From assembly GCA_964016885.1 (NCBI GenBank), contig OZ024740.1, forward strand, positions 85,064,001 to 85,128,000: a stretch of 64,000 nt of DNA, read 5' to 3'. The DNA is from Eledone cirrhosa. Taxonomy: Eukaryota. The notes beneath the pieces are model-generated. The model made no database searches, was not told the DNA's origin, and saw nothing but the letters and a program-made list of their open reading frames with translations. Below, piece by piece: positions 48,560 to 60,381 of this stretch. Position numbers and translations under genes: made by a program. Numbering within the stretch: the first letter of the stretch is position 1; each line of letters starts with the position of its first letter.

Positions 48560-48880
48560 AGAGGCTTAGTGGTTAGAGCCTTGCAATTGAAAGGTTGTCA
48601 GTTCAATTCTCAGACCGATTGATGTGTCGTTTCCTTGAGCAAGACACTTTATTTCACATTGCTCCAGTTTACTCAGCTGTAGAAATGAGATGATAGAGAC
48701 TGGGGTCCATATCATTCCACCGCAAAGTGGTTGTGGAGGCGCCACGGCAAAAAAGCACCCAGCACTCACTGTAAATGAGGTTGGTGTTAGGAAGGGCATC
48801 CAGCTGTAGAAATCAAGCCAGAATCAGTTCCCGTCCCACCCTTGCAAGCAGGGAAAAGCGGACGTAAAATGATGATGATG
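48560..48880 (+). mobile_element. tRNA-derived SINE with RTE tail
   Basis: A/B boxes, ccttgagcaagacacttt, (GAT)n end. Confidence 0.85.
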
Positions 48881-49076
48881 ATATCATCATCATCATCGTT
48901 TAACGTCCATCTTCCACGCTTGCATGTGTATATGTATATATATGTGTATATATATATTTATATATGTATATATGTGTGTGTATATATATATTTATTTATA
49001 TATGTATATGAGTGTATAATAATAAGTATAATTATAATGATTACATGTTTGATATATATCTGTTCATCCTTTACAG

Positions 49077-49270
49077 ATGATGATGGTATCAGTGAATCTA
49101 AGCGTCATCAACTTTGCATGAAAGACAAGAAGGGACGGCGGCTTACTTTACTGGCCTGCTGTCGAGAGGAATGTCACTGCTGGCTCATTCAACTGAGCCA
49201 CTTTTGTAAACCTTCAGCAGTGAGCGGCATGACAGCTGGGGCAGCATTAACAACTGCATCACCTAAGTGA
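49077..49270 (+). CDS. PLEK: Pleckstrin-like gene, last coding exon (PH C-terminal helix)
   Basis: tttacag|AT GAT...; phase 1 matches; LTLLACCREECHCWLIQL fits the PH terminal helix with its conserved W; TGA at 49268. Confidence 0.9.
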
Positions 49271-50240
49271 AGATGAAGTTTTGACACGCTGTGAAAATAT
49301 ATAAACTGTTTTAGCCTGATTGCTGCCCAGGAAACATTTATGGGGGTTTCTCAGACAGATTAAACCTTAACAAGCTTTTGGACTTCTCACATGTTCTTAT
49401 TATCTGGTAACCTTAAGTGTTGTCAGTAATGATAATAATTTCTAATTTAGGCACAAGGACAACAATTTTGGAGGGATCAAGGGAAAGTCAGATAAATCAA
49501 TTCCAGTATTTGGCTAAAATATTTTATTTTATCAACCCTGATTTTATCAACCCTGGAAGTATGAAATACAAAGTTGGCCTTGATGGGAATTGAACTCTGA
49601 ATGTAAATAGATATAATTAAATACTGTAATTCATTTTGTCTTACTTTGTAATAATTCTTCCAATCCACTACCGTCACCTGAAATAGTAGTAATAATAATT
49701 ATTATTATTGTTTTATTACTATTACAAGTTATATATTGCCCTTCTCTGATCCCCACAAATTTACCTTGTGTCTATGTTAGATATTATTGTTATTATTATC
49801 TTCTGCTTTCAGATTCTTTACAATTGAATATATCTCCCCTCAAATAATTCAGTCTTCTGCCTAGTCAAAAGCAATTTCATTATTAGTAATATTGTTATTA
49901 TTATTACTATGATCATTCAGAGTTGTCTGTGTGTTACATTCAACTGGGAGTTGGAGTACCAACATATTCTGCAGTTGATTCAATTGCCTATAACTCTTCC
50001 ATTACAAATTGGTTGTAAGAAACATTTTATTATTTTATAAATAAAAACAATTTTTTTAAAAATTTGTAAAAGGTTGGGAGATTGGCAGTTATTGATTATA
50101 TTGGTTTTAGAGAGATAGACTATGAGTATGTTTGAGTAGTGAGGTTTTTTTTTTTTTTTTTTAAAGTTGGGGTGCAAATTTTTTCTGGAAAAATGGAGAT
50201 AACGAAACAAAATAAAAACCTCCACTCAATAAATAACTTC

Positions 50241-50630
50241 TTGCAATATCTTATTCTGGCATTCAAAACTATATTATAAAAAATCGGTTTGTCTGTCTGT
50301 CCGTCACAACATATATGCAATGTCTTATTCTGGCATTTAAATCTATATTATAAAGAGAAGCGGTTTGTCTGTCTGTCCGTCACATATATGCAATGTCTTA
50401 TTCTGGCATTTAAATCTATATTATAAAGAGAAGTGGTTTGTCTGTCTGTCTGTCACATATATGCAATGTCTTATTCTGGCATTTAAATCTATATTATAAA
50501 AAGAAGTGGTTTGTCTGTCTGTCTGTCACATATATGCAATGTCTTATTCTGGCATTTAAATCTATATTATAAAGAGAAGTGGTTTGTCTGTCTGTTTGAC
50601 ACATATGCAATGTCTTATTCTGGCATTCAA
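50241..50630 (+). repeat. About 5.3 x 73-bp tandem repeat containing a Helitron-like 5' terminus
   Basis: Unit starts at 50241, 50315, 50388, 50461, 50534, 50605; each has a|tctatattataaag...gtttgtctgtctgtc. Confidence 0.9.
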
Positions 50631-52329
50631 ATAAATACAGAAAAAAAATTCTAGTGGAACTAATTAAAGCTCAAAGAGTATTTGAAAAAGAATTGACATT
50701 ATTTTCAAGAATATAATACAAACAAATCAGAAAATCTAGTCTTTAGTGACATGACAATGTTAATAGGTCACAAAACACATGTGCAGTGCTCAGGCATGTA
50801 AGATGAAACATTGATAGAGTTGTGTGTACTTGTGTGACCTATTCATATTCACTCTTGCAAAGACAAATTGTAATTGACTCAGACTCTTTAATGTGCAGAG
50901 CTGTTTCAGGTAGCTAACTGTTAGCCAATATTTCTATACACCATAACTATGTCAATGTTTAAGCCCTTTGTATAATATTGTGGGCATTTAATAGTGATAT
51001 AGTATCAGTAGCGAAACAGGTTGATTTAAAGAGAGTACTTTGAATATTAATACAGTGATATAATGTCAGTAGTGAAACGGGTTGTACTAAGTAAAATAAT
51101 GCAGTGGTGTAGTGTGGGTAGTAAAACAGCAGAACGTTAGAATGGTGATGTGGTATAGATGGTGAAACAGAGTATACTAAACATTATCATAGTAGTGTAG
51201 TGTATGTAATTCACAAGTTTAACTGATACTCTGTGAATATATACCCTACTAGTTTTAATATAATCATGGTTGTTGAAAACATAAGCAGTGCCTCTAGTAT
51301 TGTTTGCCAGTATATAGGCAAGTTCATTTAGTTCAGTACAAACTAGGTTATCATACTTAGCATTTAAATTCCTTCCCCACAGAAAGTCAAACTTATTGTC
51401 TTCCAATAGTTTCCTTTCCAATAGTTTCCTCTCATTTTCCATATCCGTTAAACCTTTTCTTTTAGACATGTCTTTTTAATATTTTGACCTCTGTTTTATT
51501 TAGTCAAATATTCTAAGACAAGACTTTCAGGAGACAACATTCTTGCTAGAATTTGTCTTCAACGTTGGCTGTTAGATTCAGTACTGAATCTTTTTGTTGA
51601 TGATATATCCTTATATTTACTCTAAAATTCTCTACAAAATCTTTCAAACCAAATCTTGATTGAAATATTTTACTGAACAAAAAATAAAATGTTTCACATG
51701 AGTTCTTTATTATTTTTGTCTTATCTTTTTTTTCTCTCTATTTGTTTAAAATGCAAAATGCCTTGTGTATCTATCAAAAGTTTAAGATGACTAAATTTGC
51801 TAGAGACTGAGAAATTAATATTTTTTGTTCTGATGCTATTGTTTTAAAACGCCAGCATTGGCCTACATTTAAAATATGACCTTTCATGTAACTAAATTTC
51901 AGCTCAGCTGAAAAGTTCTCGGTTGACCGAGATTCTCATGGAATGACCAAATGAGGTTTATTTTTCAACAAAGTCCGTGGAAAGAAACAATGCAGTTATT
52001 AATAAGAAGGGTTGAAATTAATGCATGCAACATTTCACAGCTCTAGCATCCTTAGTCACCTACGAACTTTTCAGCTTACACTCATATGTTGCTGGTACAA
52101 AGTTTTGATTGGTATTTCTTCATCAGATCTGAGTAATTTTGTTTGATCAGAGTTCTAAGATAAATAAATGTGCTCCATTTGAGGTCTTTATTCACAATTG
52201 AGTTCAGCAAATAAAGTTGCCTTCTGGCCGGCCATATTTTGAAGGGGAACTTGAACATTTTTCTTTATTTTTTTTATATATTCCAAACGGTTTGTGGGTG
52301 ACTAAATTGATGTTCCTTTGCAGCATTTA

Positions 52330-52570
52330 AATTCATATGGATATGTGATGCACATGGATGAAGATCACTGTGTGAAAAAGTGTCAGGAAATCCCCGTGGA
52401 AGGAAGCTACAGTAGAAGTAGACCAAGGAAGATTTGGGCAGAGGTGGTGAGAACTGATCTCAAATCGCTGAGACTCAGAGGAGAGGAAAAAGAAACATGG
52501 GAAGTGGAGAGATACTGTGCTGAAAAGGGCCCAACCAACTCTTGTAAGCGCAGAAAATCAGTCATAGACA
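52330..52570 (+). mobile_element. Old RTE 3' fragment
   Basis: YGYVMHMDEDHCVKKC...SRPRKIWAEVVRTDL. Confidence 0.75.
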
Positions 52571-53269
52571 AGTTAGGTTAGATGACAACGTTAATCTGGA
52601 CTGGGTGCTTTTTATTGTGACACCTAATTGACAATCTAACAGGGTGGACTGAGGGTTTTTCGTCACGTCTGTGTATGTATGCTTATATAATATAATTACG
52701 ATCATAATGTGGGTTCGATTCCTGGATTGGTTTTTGTGTTGTGTTCTTGAGCAAAACACTTAAAGTATACTCCGCTGAAAATTAGTACCTGCAATGAGTA
52801 CCTCCAAGGGGGGGAAATCTTGAATTCTCAGTCGCTTAACGCGATGGAAACCGGTATAAACTCTGGCCTAATGAGCCTCCACATTCGAGACAGACTTTAG
52901 TGTTTATACACACACGCACGCGTGTATCTGTACTTGTCTGTTCTGTAGCCTAACGATTCAACAGAGATCGATGAAATATGTACCGGACTTGAAAAATAAA
53001 CATTGGAAACCTCGAAGTTGATGCCACCAGCATTACCGCAGTTCAATAATTAGAACAAATGCCAAAAAAAAAAAAAAAAAGTTTTTCGGTAACGAGAAGA
53101 GGGGAGATAACTATGTATTTCGACAAATTGCATTATTTGCCCTTGTACATTTGTATCTCTAGCTGGAGAGCTATTGTTGTTTGACCATAGGCCAGCAGTA
53201 TTTAGTGACCTATGATTGAAAGCATTCCAACTGTGTCCATCCAGTCAATTTTCTATACGTAGTGAACTT

Positions 53270-53690
53270 AGAATTACATTACCCAACGTGTATTTTTCTG
53301 CGACGATGGCATGTTGTTTGAGGAAAATATTGCTGCTGTGGAGAGGTTCTCATGTAGGCCCATGTTATCTAACAACAGACCAGCACTGAATGACCAGTCT
53401 AAGTCGTTGAACCCAGGAGCACATCTAATGTGTATAATTCTAAGACGGTAATGTGTGAGAATGTATATATATATATTCCAAGTAAAAAACGTTTGTTGAT
53501 CAAGCAATTGCTGACTGCATACGCCAGTTTGTCATGTATTTCATACAATATAAATATATTCTGATGAAAGACTAGCGTCCGAAACATTGATTCTTTTCTT
53601 ACTATATCAAGTGTAAAACTAATAACATATTTCTTCATTGTTCTGTTTCGTTTGCTTTGTTATTTCTGTTTACCTTTTGCATATATATAT
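53270..53690 (+). mobile_element. Degenerate PLE 3' fragment with partial hammerhead motif
   Basis: RPALNDQ (GIY-YIG C-terminal P.LN motif) near 53380; CTGATGA-aagac tagc gtcc-GAAAC at 53561-53585. Confidence 0.45.
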
Positions 53691-54153
53691 ATATATATCT
53701 TTTCAGCCGTTTTGAACCCAAGCCCAAGCGACAAAGTCTCTGCCACGCGTCTTCCCCCAACATCACTGCCTTGAGGTCCTGGACACAGTCCAGACCAGTG
53801 TCTTTCATCAGGTTGTTGGTGTAGGTGTGTCGGTGTTTTTCTCTCCTGACAGCTCCATGAAATGGATTCCAAGGGACTAACGTAGATACTTCCAGTTCAA
53901 GGTGTCGCACACTGACCAGATATACGGAGCCGTCTTTGCCTAACCTTTTCGCTGACTTTTGGCAGGTCTCCATAAAGACATTGATTTGTCATATGTTGCT
54001 GCCATTTAACATTAAGAGTCATTCGTCGCATACTTGTATAGCAAATATATATTTGCCAGTACCCTTGACACACATAGTCAGCACAATCTATTACCTCTTA
54101 CCTATACCTTGGACGAGTTTATGAGATATCGTTAAAAGTATGCTAAAAGAGCC

Positions 54154-55334
54154 GTAGGTGTGGAAAAAAAGAAGGAAAACAGTGCCCAATCGAGAAGAGA
54201 GCTGGTATATTATATTATTTATTTATGTCCATACATGGAACAAAAGCGCTACCTAAGGTTTCAAGGCTCAATATTGAACATATCCAGATTGTAAGAGACA
54301 CTTGGACGAGTTTATAAGATACCGTTAAAAGTAAAGCGTGTTAAAACGCTGGTTTACGAAAAACGTATTATAACAAAAAGAAACAACTCCAAGATGTAAA
54401 CTTGAAATAGCTAAGTCGTACACGTGTTAGTAATCATGCGCTAAAATATTAATGAATATTACCATCTCTATATTACATACTACCATAATACCATACATCT
54501 GTTATAGCGCATGGATGCTGACACCTGTACTACTTCGTTATTTTATCTTGGAATAATTAATTTACTTTTATTTACATCATTTTCAATACACGGTAGCTGG
54601 AAATCATTCGGCTATTTTAAAAAGGATATTTTTTTTCATAACAAATACGTTTTTCGTAAACTAGCATCTTAGTCCACTTTACTTTGAACGGTATCTTACA
54701 AACTCATCCAAGCACCTGATCCCTTTTGCAATCTGAAGATATGTTCAGTATTGGGTCCTGAAATCTTGGGCGATATCCAATTTTAGCGGCCTAAATGCCG
54801 CTTACTTGCTGTAGTTGCTGCTTACTTCAATGTATGAGGCTATTCCAACAAATTTACATTCCCAGAACGAGGAAACTGTGGGGATATGTCGCCGGCCAAC
54901 AAATGGTTTGTACAGGTAAGAGAAGAAGGGAGCACCCCCTCTCTCTGTGCTCCCTAGCAGAAAGGTCGCACACTTTCTACGGGGGTGTGTGTGACCCCAA
55001 AAGGCTAATAAATCGCAAAAAAACAAACAAACAAAAACGTGGCAAATAAAGAAATCTATGCCCCAGTGGCAAATAAATCGCAAAAAAAAACAATAAATAA
55101 ATCTATATTTCTTTTAACGGCTAAAAAAAGGGGAATGTAAATTTGTTGGAATAGCCTCATACATTGAAGTAAGCAGCAACTACAGCAAGTAAGCGGCATT
55201 TAGGCCGCTAAAATTGGATATCGCCAATTCTTGGTAGCGCCTTTGTTCCGTGTATGGACATAAATATATAATATAAAATATCAGCTTTCTTCTCGATTGA
55301 GCACTGTTTGCCTTTTTTTCCTTTTCACACCTAC
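54154..55334. mobile_element. Old foldback/MITE with long imperfect TIRs, interrupted by a younger MITE
   Basis: 54154-54383 is the reverse complement of 54630-54768 plus 55229-55334. Confidence 0.7.
54769..55225. mobile_element. Young MITE with 95-bp TIRs, probably Merlin superfamily
   Basis: TIRs 54769-54863/55131-55225 start GGCGATATCC; 8-bp flanks aaatcttg / aattcttg. Confidence 0.8.
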
Positions 55335-55395
55335 ATATTTTTTTACTTAAATATATACACAGGCACATCAACACACACACACACACACATTATCT

Positions 55396-55440
<45 letters not shown>

Positions 55441-55990
55441 TGTATGTATATATGACCATTTCAAATGAAAATTCAAAGTTGGTGTCGAAGTATGCTGATG
55501 GATCAATACTATATATATATATATATTCGTATGGTTGCCATGTCAACAGTGGAGTAGATAGAATACGTCGTTCCGTTGAAGTTATAAAACGCAGACCATT
55601 GTATATTGTATTGTATGTAGTCTACCATCCTAGCAACGATTAATGCCGAGAGAGGCAGCATTCAAGGTCAAAGCTTTCACATTGGAAAGAAAATCGTCGC
55701 AGCAATAGAAACTCAATACAAACATCATCAGACACGGTGTGTTATTGATTGTGTTACATACCAAACCAGACATCGTGTATATATATATATGTGTGTGTGT
55801 ATGCATATGTGTATATACATATATCATAAATATGCGTGTGTTTGCGTGCGAGTATGTGTATATATATACTCTTCTTCTAGGTTATGTAGTATGGTGTATT
55901 CTTTTTACGGGATGAAATTACTGAAGTTCCTCCTTTCCAAAATTGCCGTAGGCCAGCTTGTATTTTGTTGTAGAATAGCTGACTCTTTTC

Positions 55991-56024
<34 letters not shown>

Positions 56025-56615
56025 TGGTATATATTTGTATATATACATATTTATTTTTTAAAATATATAGAATTTAGTGATCAATCCCACCGCTGTTTCT
56101 AGCTTTCCAACGGATCAATCACTGGTTCACTGTTTTCGTGAAGGGGAGAGCTCGAAGGGAGTTATCTATACTTGATCCGGAACAAATATCATATGAGACT
56201 TCATTTGTAGAGCATTAGTTTTTCATTTTCTCGTCATTTTCTCTTCGTCTATAAACATAGATTAAGATACACACACGTACTCCCCCCTCACACAAACATG
56301 CACACACTTCTTCAATTACTTCTGCTCTCTATGAAGTATTGTACAATTAGAGGTCTTTATCCGTCACAAATGCAGACCTACTCGCAGGCCTGCTTCCAGA
56401 CCAGATCTATGTCTCTCAGGATTTCTTCCACATAGCTCAACCTGGTCTTGATAGTTCTACCTTGCCTCTTGCACGAGCCTTCCGACCCCCCCCCCCCCCC
56501 AGCCCACAATATTCTCTCTCTCTCTCTCTCTCTCTCTAACAAAGGAATTATGGTAAGGAACCAGATAGACCATAACGCGCCAGAGTACTCAATATTTAGG
56601 GTAGTAGAGTGGGAA

Positions 56616-56731
56616 ATCGGAAAAAGTATGACCCCGACGGCAGAGCTTAAGCCGTTTCGACGGCTATTTCTGGACATAAATAGCCGTCGAAACGGCTTGA
56701 GCTCTGCCGTCAGGGTCATACTTTTTCCGAT
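56616..56731. repeat. 54-bp-arm palindrome made of two hammerhead 3' halves
   Basis: Arms 56616-56669/56678-56731; each reads tagccgtc-GAAA-cggc tt(a/g)agctct gccg-TC. Confidence 0.9.
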
Positions 56732-57093
56732 ATATATATATGAATGTATATACAGTGTATTTTGCAATACACTGTATGCTTAATTAAAAGCATTTTGAAG
56801 ACCTTACGCTATTGTTTTAAAATAGTGACAGTGTCATTTACTTCAATTTTCAGAAAACAAGGGGAGATAAGCTGACAGAGCTCTATTTCGTACATGTTGG
56901 TACTTATCAAAGCTCAGCACTCCTCCTGTCTGCTGAAAATTATGAATGTTGGATTCTTATAGAATTCCAGTGTTTGCTGAAAATTGAAGTAAGTGACACT
57001 ATCACTACTTTAAAATAATAGCGTAAGGTCTTCAAAATGCTTTTAATTAAGCAATGTATTGCAAAATACACTATATATACATTCATATATATC
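56730..57093 (-). mobile_element. TA-flanked PLE-type insert with about 125-bp inverted arms
   Basis: 56730-56859 is the reverse complement of 56971-57093; hammerhead between the arms. Confidence 0.75.
56869..56915 (-). ncRNA. Hammerhead ribozyme candidate, U3-A8 core variant
   Basis: gagct-TTGATAA-gtac caacat gtac-GAAA-tagagctctg-TC-agctt. Confidence 0.75.
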
Positions 57094-57454
57094 GCTATTT
57101 CAGAGCACCAATTCTAATATATATATATATATATATATATGAGAGTGTCTGCAGAGACTATGAGAGCGGGGTCCAGCCGGTACTTTGTTCCGGAGCCCAA
57201 AGGCTAAGAAGGCCCCACAGCAACCATGTAACATCCATTTTGAGAAATATATTTACCTGCTTTGGGCTCCTAAGGGGTCTTGACCGCCTTGCAAAATTTC
57301 TCTTGGAAGCACTGAGTGTCTGTGTGTTTGTTGACACATAAGATACTTATGATTGGAGTCCCTTCAATATTTGGTCTAGTGTATATAGACTAACACATGA
57401 TAAAAGAACACCAACAACAATGCATACACATATACACATTCCTCCATGCATATT

Positions 57455-57494
<40 letters not shown>

Positions 57495-57736
57495 GTAATA
57501 ATAATAAATGTGAAGGCTAAAATCGAAAGAGGTCTCGATAAGGATAAATATATATATATATAAATACATTATCGGAGGAAGCTAATAGCGATACTGCGGC
57601 CAAATCCCAACTCACTCAACAGACATTAGGAAATAAGTGAGTATATTCCTAATTAAACGTTCGGGGTGCTAACTAATTGTATTGTGTGGAAAATTGGCTG
57701 TATTATTTCATATGAGATATATCAAATATATCTCTT

Positions 57737-57863
57737 CCCAGACGGACGTCTCGTTTCATTATAAGATTCCTACAAGTTAGGTGAAATTATACCAATTTAT
57801 GTAGAACCTTGTATAAGATCAATAGATACTTATTCAAGTGGGCTCTTATAACTCTTCAGTGGG
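57737..57863 (-). ncRNA. Minimal hammerhead ribozyme candidate with long stem II loop
   Basis: ccca-CTGAAGA-gttataaga...tcttataat-GAAA-cgagacg-TC-(cgtc)-tggg, inside a TA-flanked insert at about 57495-57900. Confidence 0.65.
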
Positions 57864-57894
57864 TACCCAATAACATTAATATTGATAGTCAAAT

Positions 57895-57947
<53 letters not shown>

Positions 57948-58794
57948 TTATATAAGAACCCTAGAGCAAATATTTATTAAAATAACAGATTAAAGTTTAA
58001 GCAAAGAATCGCTGCTTTCACCCTTAACGGGATCTTCTGAAACTAAAAAAATCAATCTGTGAACGCAGAAGTAAATATTTCGAAAAACGTTGCAGCTGAA
58101 GGAAAACAGGAAGGCGATACTTTGGTTCGTGAAGACGTTCTCTGGCAATGAACGAAAAAAAGCGTAGATAATACGTCATTATGTGGAGCGGTGAGGACAA
58201 TTACACGCAAAGACAAAACCACGTTTATGGTATAAATGAAGTCGCAGACTACTAATCTATTTAGGAAACCGAATGATTCTCGGCTTCAAAGTTAAGAATA
58301 CTGTAAATAAATTAGTAGAACGAAAATGACAGAAGTTATTGAAATCAACAATAATTAAATATATACATACACGCACCCACGCATGTGTGTATACATATAA
58401 TTATATAAACGTATATAAATATACACACATAAATACGTAAATAACGCACACACACACACACACATACCTACAGGTAAATACACATATGTTCACTAAACGT
58501 ACGTCAACCAAAACACAAAGTACACATATACACACCTTACATACGTGCAAACACGCATACACACACAAACACAAAATACACATATACACATAACCATATA
58601 CACATGTACCAGTATATATAATATAATATATACATGTATAACAAATACAAGCAAATATACGTACGAGAAAGTATACGTACCTTCACAAAACATACGGGTA
58701 AGGTATACTTACCTCTACAAATAAGTAATGGTATAAACATAAAATATACTTAGCTACCACATCAAGACGTAAATTTTCCGCGTATTGTTCGTAC

Positions 58795-59250
58795 TATCCG
58801 TTAGGGTATAATGTGGGGCTGTAATACAGGAAAGTTTTATGCATTTTATGTTTACAAGCCGAACTTGCTTCAGATTTTGTGTTTAAGATGTGGTCATTGG
58901 CGTAGAGTATTTCCAGGGCAAAGATCGCATGGTCTTTTATTTCCGTTATACGATCTAGCTTTAGCTAGGATCTCCCAATGTAACCTATATTGGGTGTGGT
59001 TGTTTTTTAGACTCCAGATATAAGCTGAAAGAGACGTCATATTCCTTCTTAAAGGGTTAAGGAAAGAATGGGTGTGCATGTAAAGACGCTGCTTGAATCT
59101 ATTGGCGGTTAAACCTATGTAGGCCCTACGGGACGTGGGAGTTTCGACCTTACATTTGTAGACAATGTTACTGGAGAGGCATTTCCTGGGTTGAGGACAG
59201 TCAACCCGATTCCTACAATTACAGTTAGTACTAGCTACAGGGTTGAGCAC
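58795..59250 (-). pseudogene. PLE GIY-YIG endonuclease
   Basis: CNCRNRVDC...IVYKCKV...AYIGLTANRFKQRLYMH...TSLSAYIW...CDLC, then after a frameshift LNTKSEASSACKH. Confidence 0.9.
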
Positions 59251-59270
59251 TCTATTGACTTATATTCATC

Positions 59271-60381
59271 ATGCAGAAAGAACATCTGAATATTTCTACA
59301 AAGAACATACCCGTTCCAAGCAGGAAGACATACCTAAAACTCATGATACAGAAAACGGACTCGTTCCTTAAAAGGTTGCGTTGGCGTGCCTGTTATTTCG
59401 ATAATCAGGAAAAAGCGGACAACAAACAGGATAAATTTGGGTTTAAAACCTATAATAACCCTCCGAGTAACCCAGCCTTGCTATCCTTCGAAAACGGTGT
59501 CTTGGAACTCATACGGAGTATCAAATTTCGGAATAGGAACAATTCCTTCCAGCAGGACCTGAAGAATAGAATGAATGCGTTCTATTAAGGATTCTAATGC
59601 TGTGCACGTCCACTCCGACAAAACTGGAAATCTATATCAACTGGAGCGCAGTACTTATCATCAACTGCTACATAATGCTGTAACTAAGGATTACCGGAAA
59701 ACTAATCGGAGTGTCATTAATGACATCAACGATGCTGGCTTTAAAATCACCTCCGATCTCAACATCCTGGACTGGACTGAAACTCTGGACCTTATTTCTC
59801 CCCACTTTACCCTGAAGGAAAACAAACCCAATTTCGCCAACAATCCCTCTATTCGGCTTATTAACTCTACGAAGTCCGATTTAGGTAGACTTAGTAAAAG
59901 GATTTTAGATATAATCATACCTGAAGTTAGAAGCTTGGCCCCTCTTGCACTGTGGAACAATTCTTTCGCGGTGATTGATTGGTTCAATGGCATATGCAAC
60001 AAGGAACATTGCCGTTTTATCCAATTTGACATCAATAACTACTACTCCTCCATCATTTTACCACTTCTTCTTAGAGCTATCAATTTCGCTACAATGCTCA
60101 CGGTGGTTAAGGATTTCGAAGTTGATGTCATCCTCAATGCCCGTAAGTCGGTAATTAATTTCGACGACTCTATTTGGATTAAAAAATCTAATAGTACCCC
60201 CATTCGACGTGAGTATGGGCGCCAGCGATTCGGCGGAGGTTACTGATCTTATCGGCCTTTTCCTTCTTTTCTCTATCAAGGAAGAATTCTCCAATGTGGG
60301 CGGTGGTTTGTTCCGTGATGACGGTCTTTTGACCATGACAAAGTGCGGTCCACGCGCTTATGACAGGTTCAGAAAAGAACT
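59271..60381 (+). pseudogene. PLE reverse transcriptase, N-terminal part (frameshifted)
   Basis: KNIPVPS..KRLRWRA, SDKTGNLY, QFDINNYYSSI, MGASDSAEVTDL, LFRDDGL over three frames. Confidence 0.9.

Noticed and set aside
51137-51469. 110-aa minus-strand ORF
   Set aside because: No recognisable motif or splice support; built partly from short local repeats.
56075-56215. Possible further hammerhead (gatcaa/ttgatc stem, GAAAC on minus)
   Set aside because: No CUGANGA-like core or stem III could be placed.
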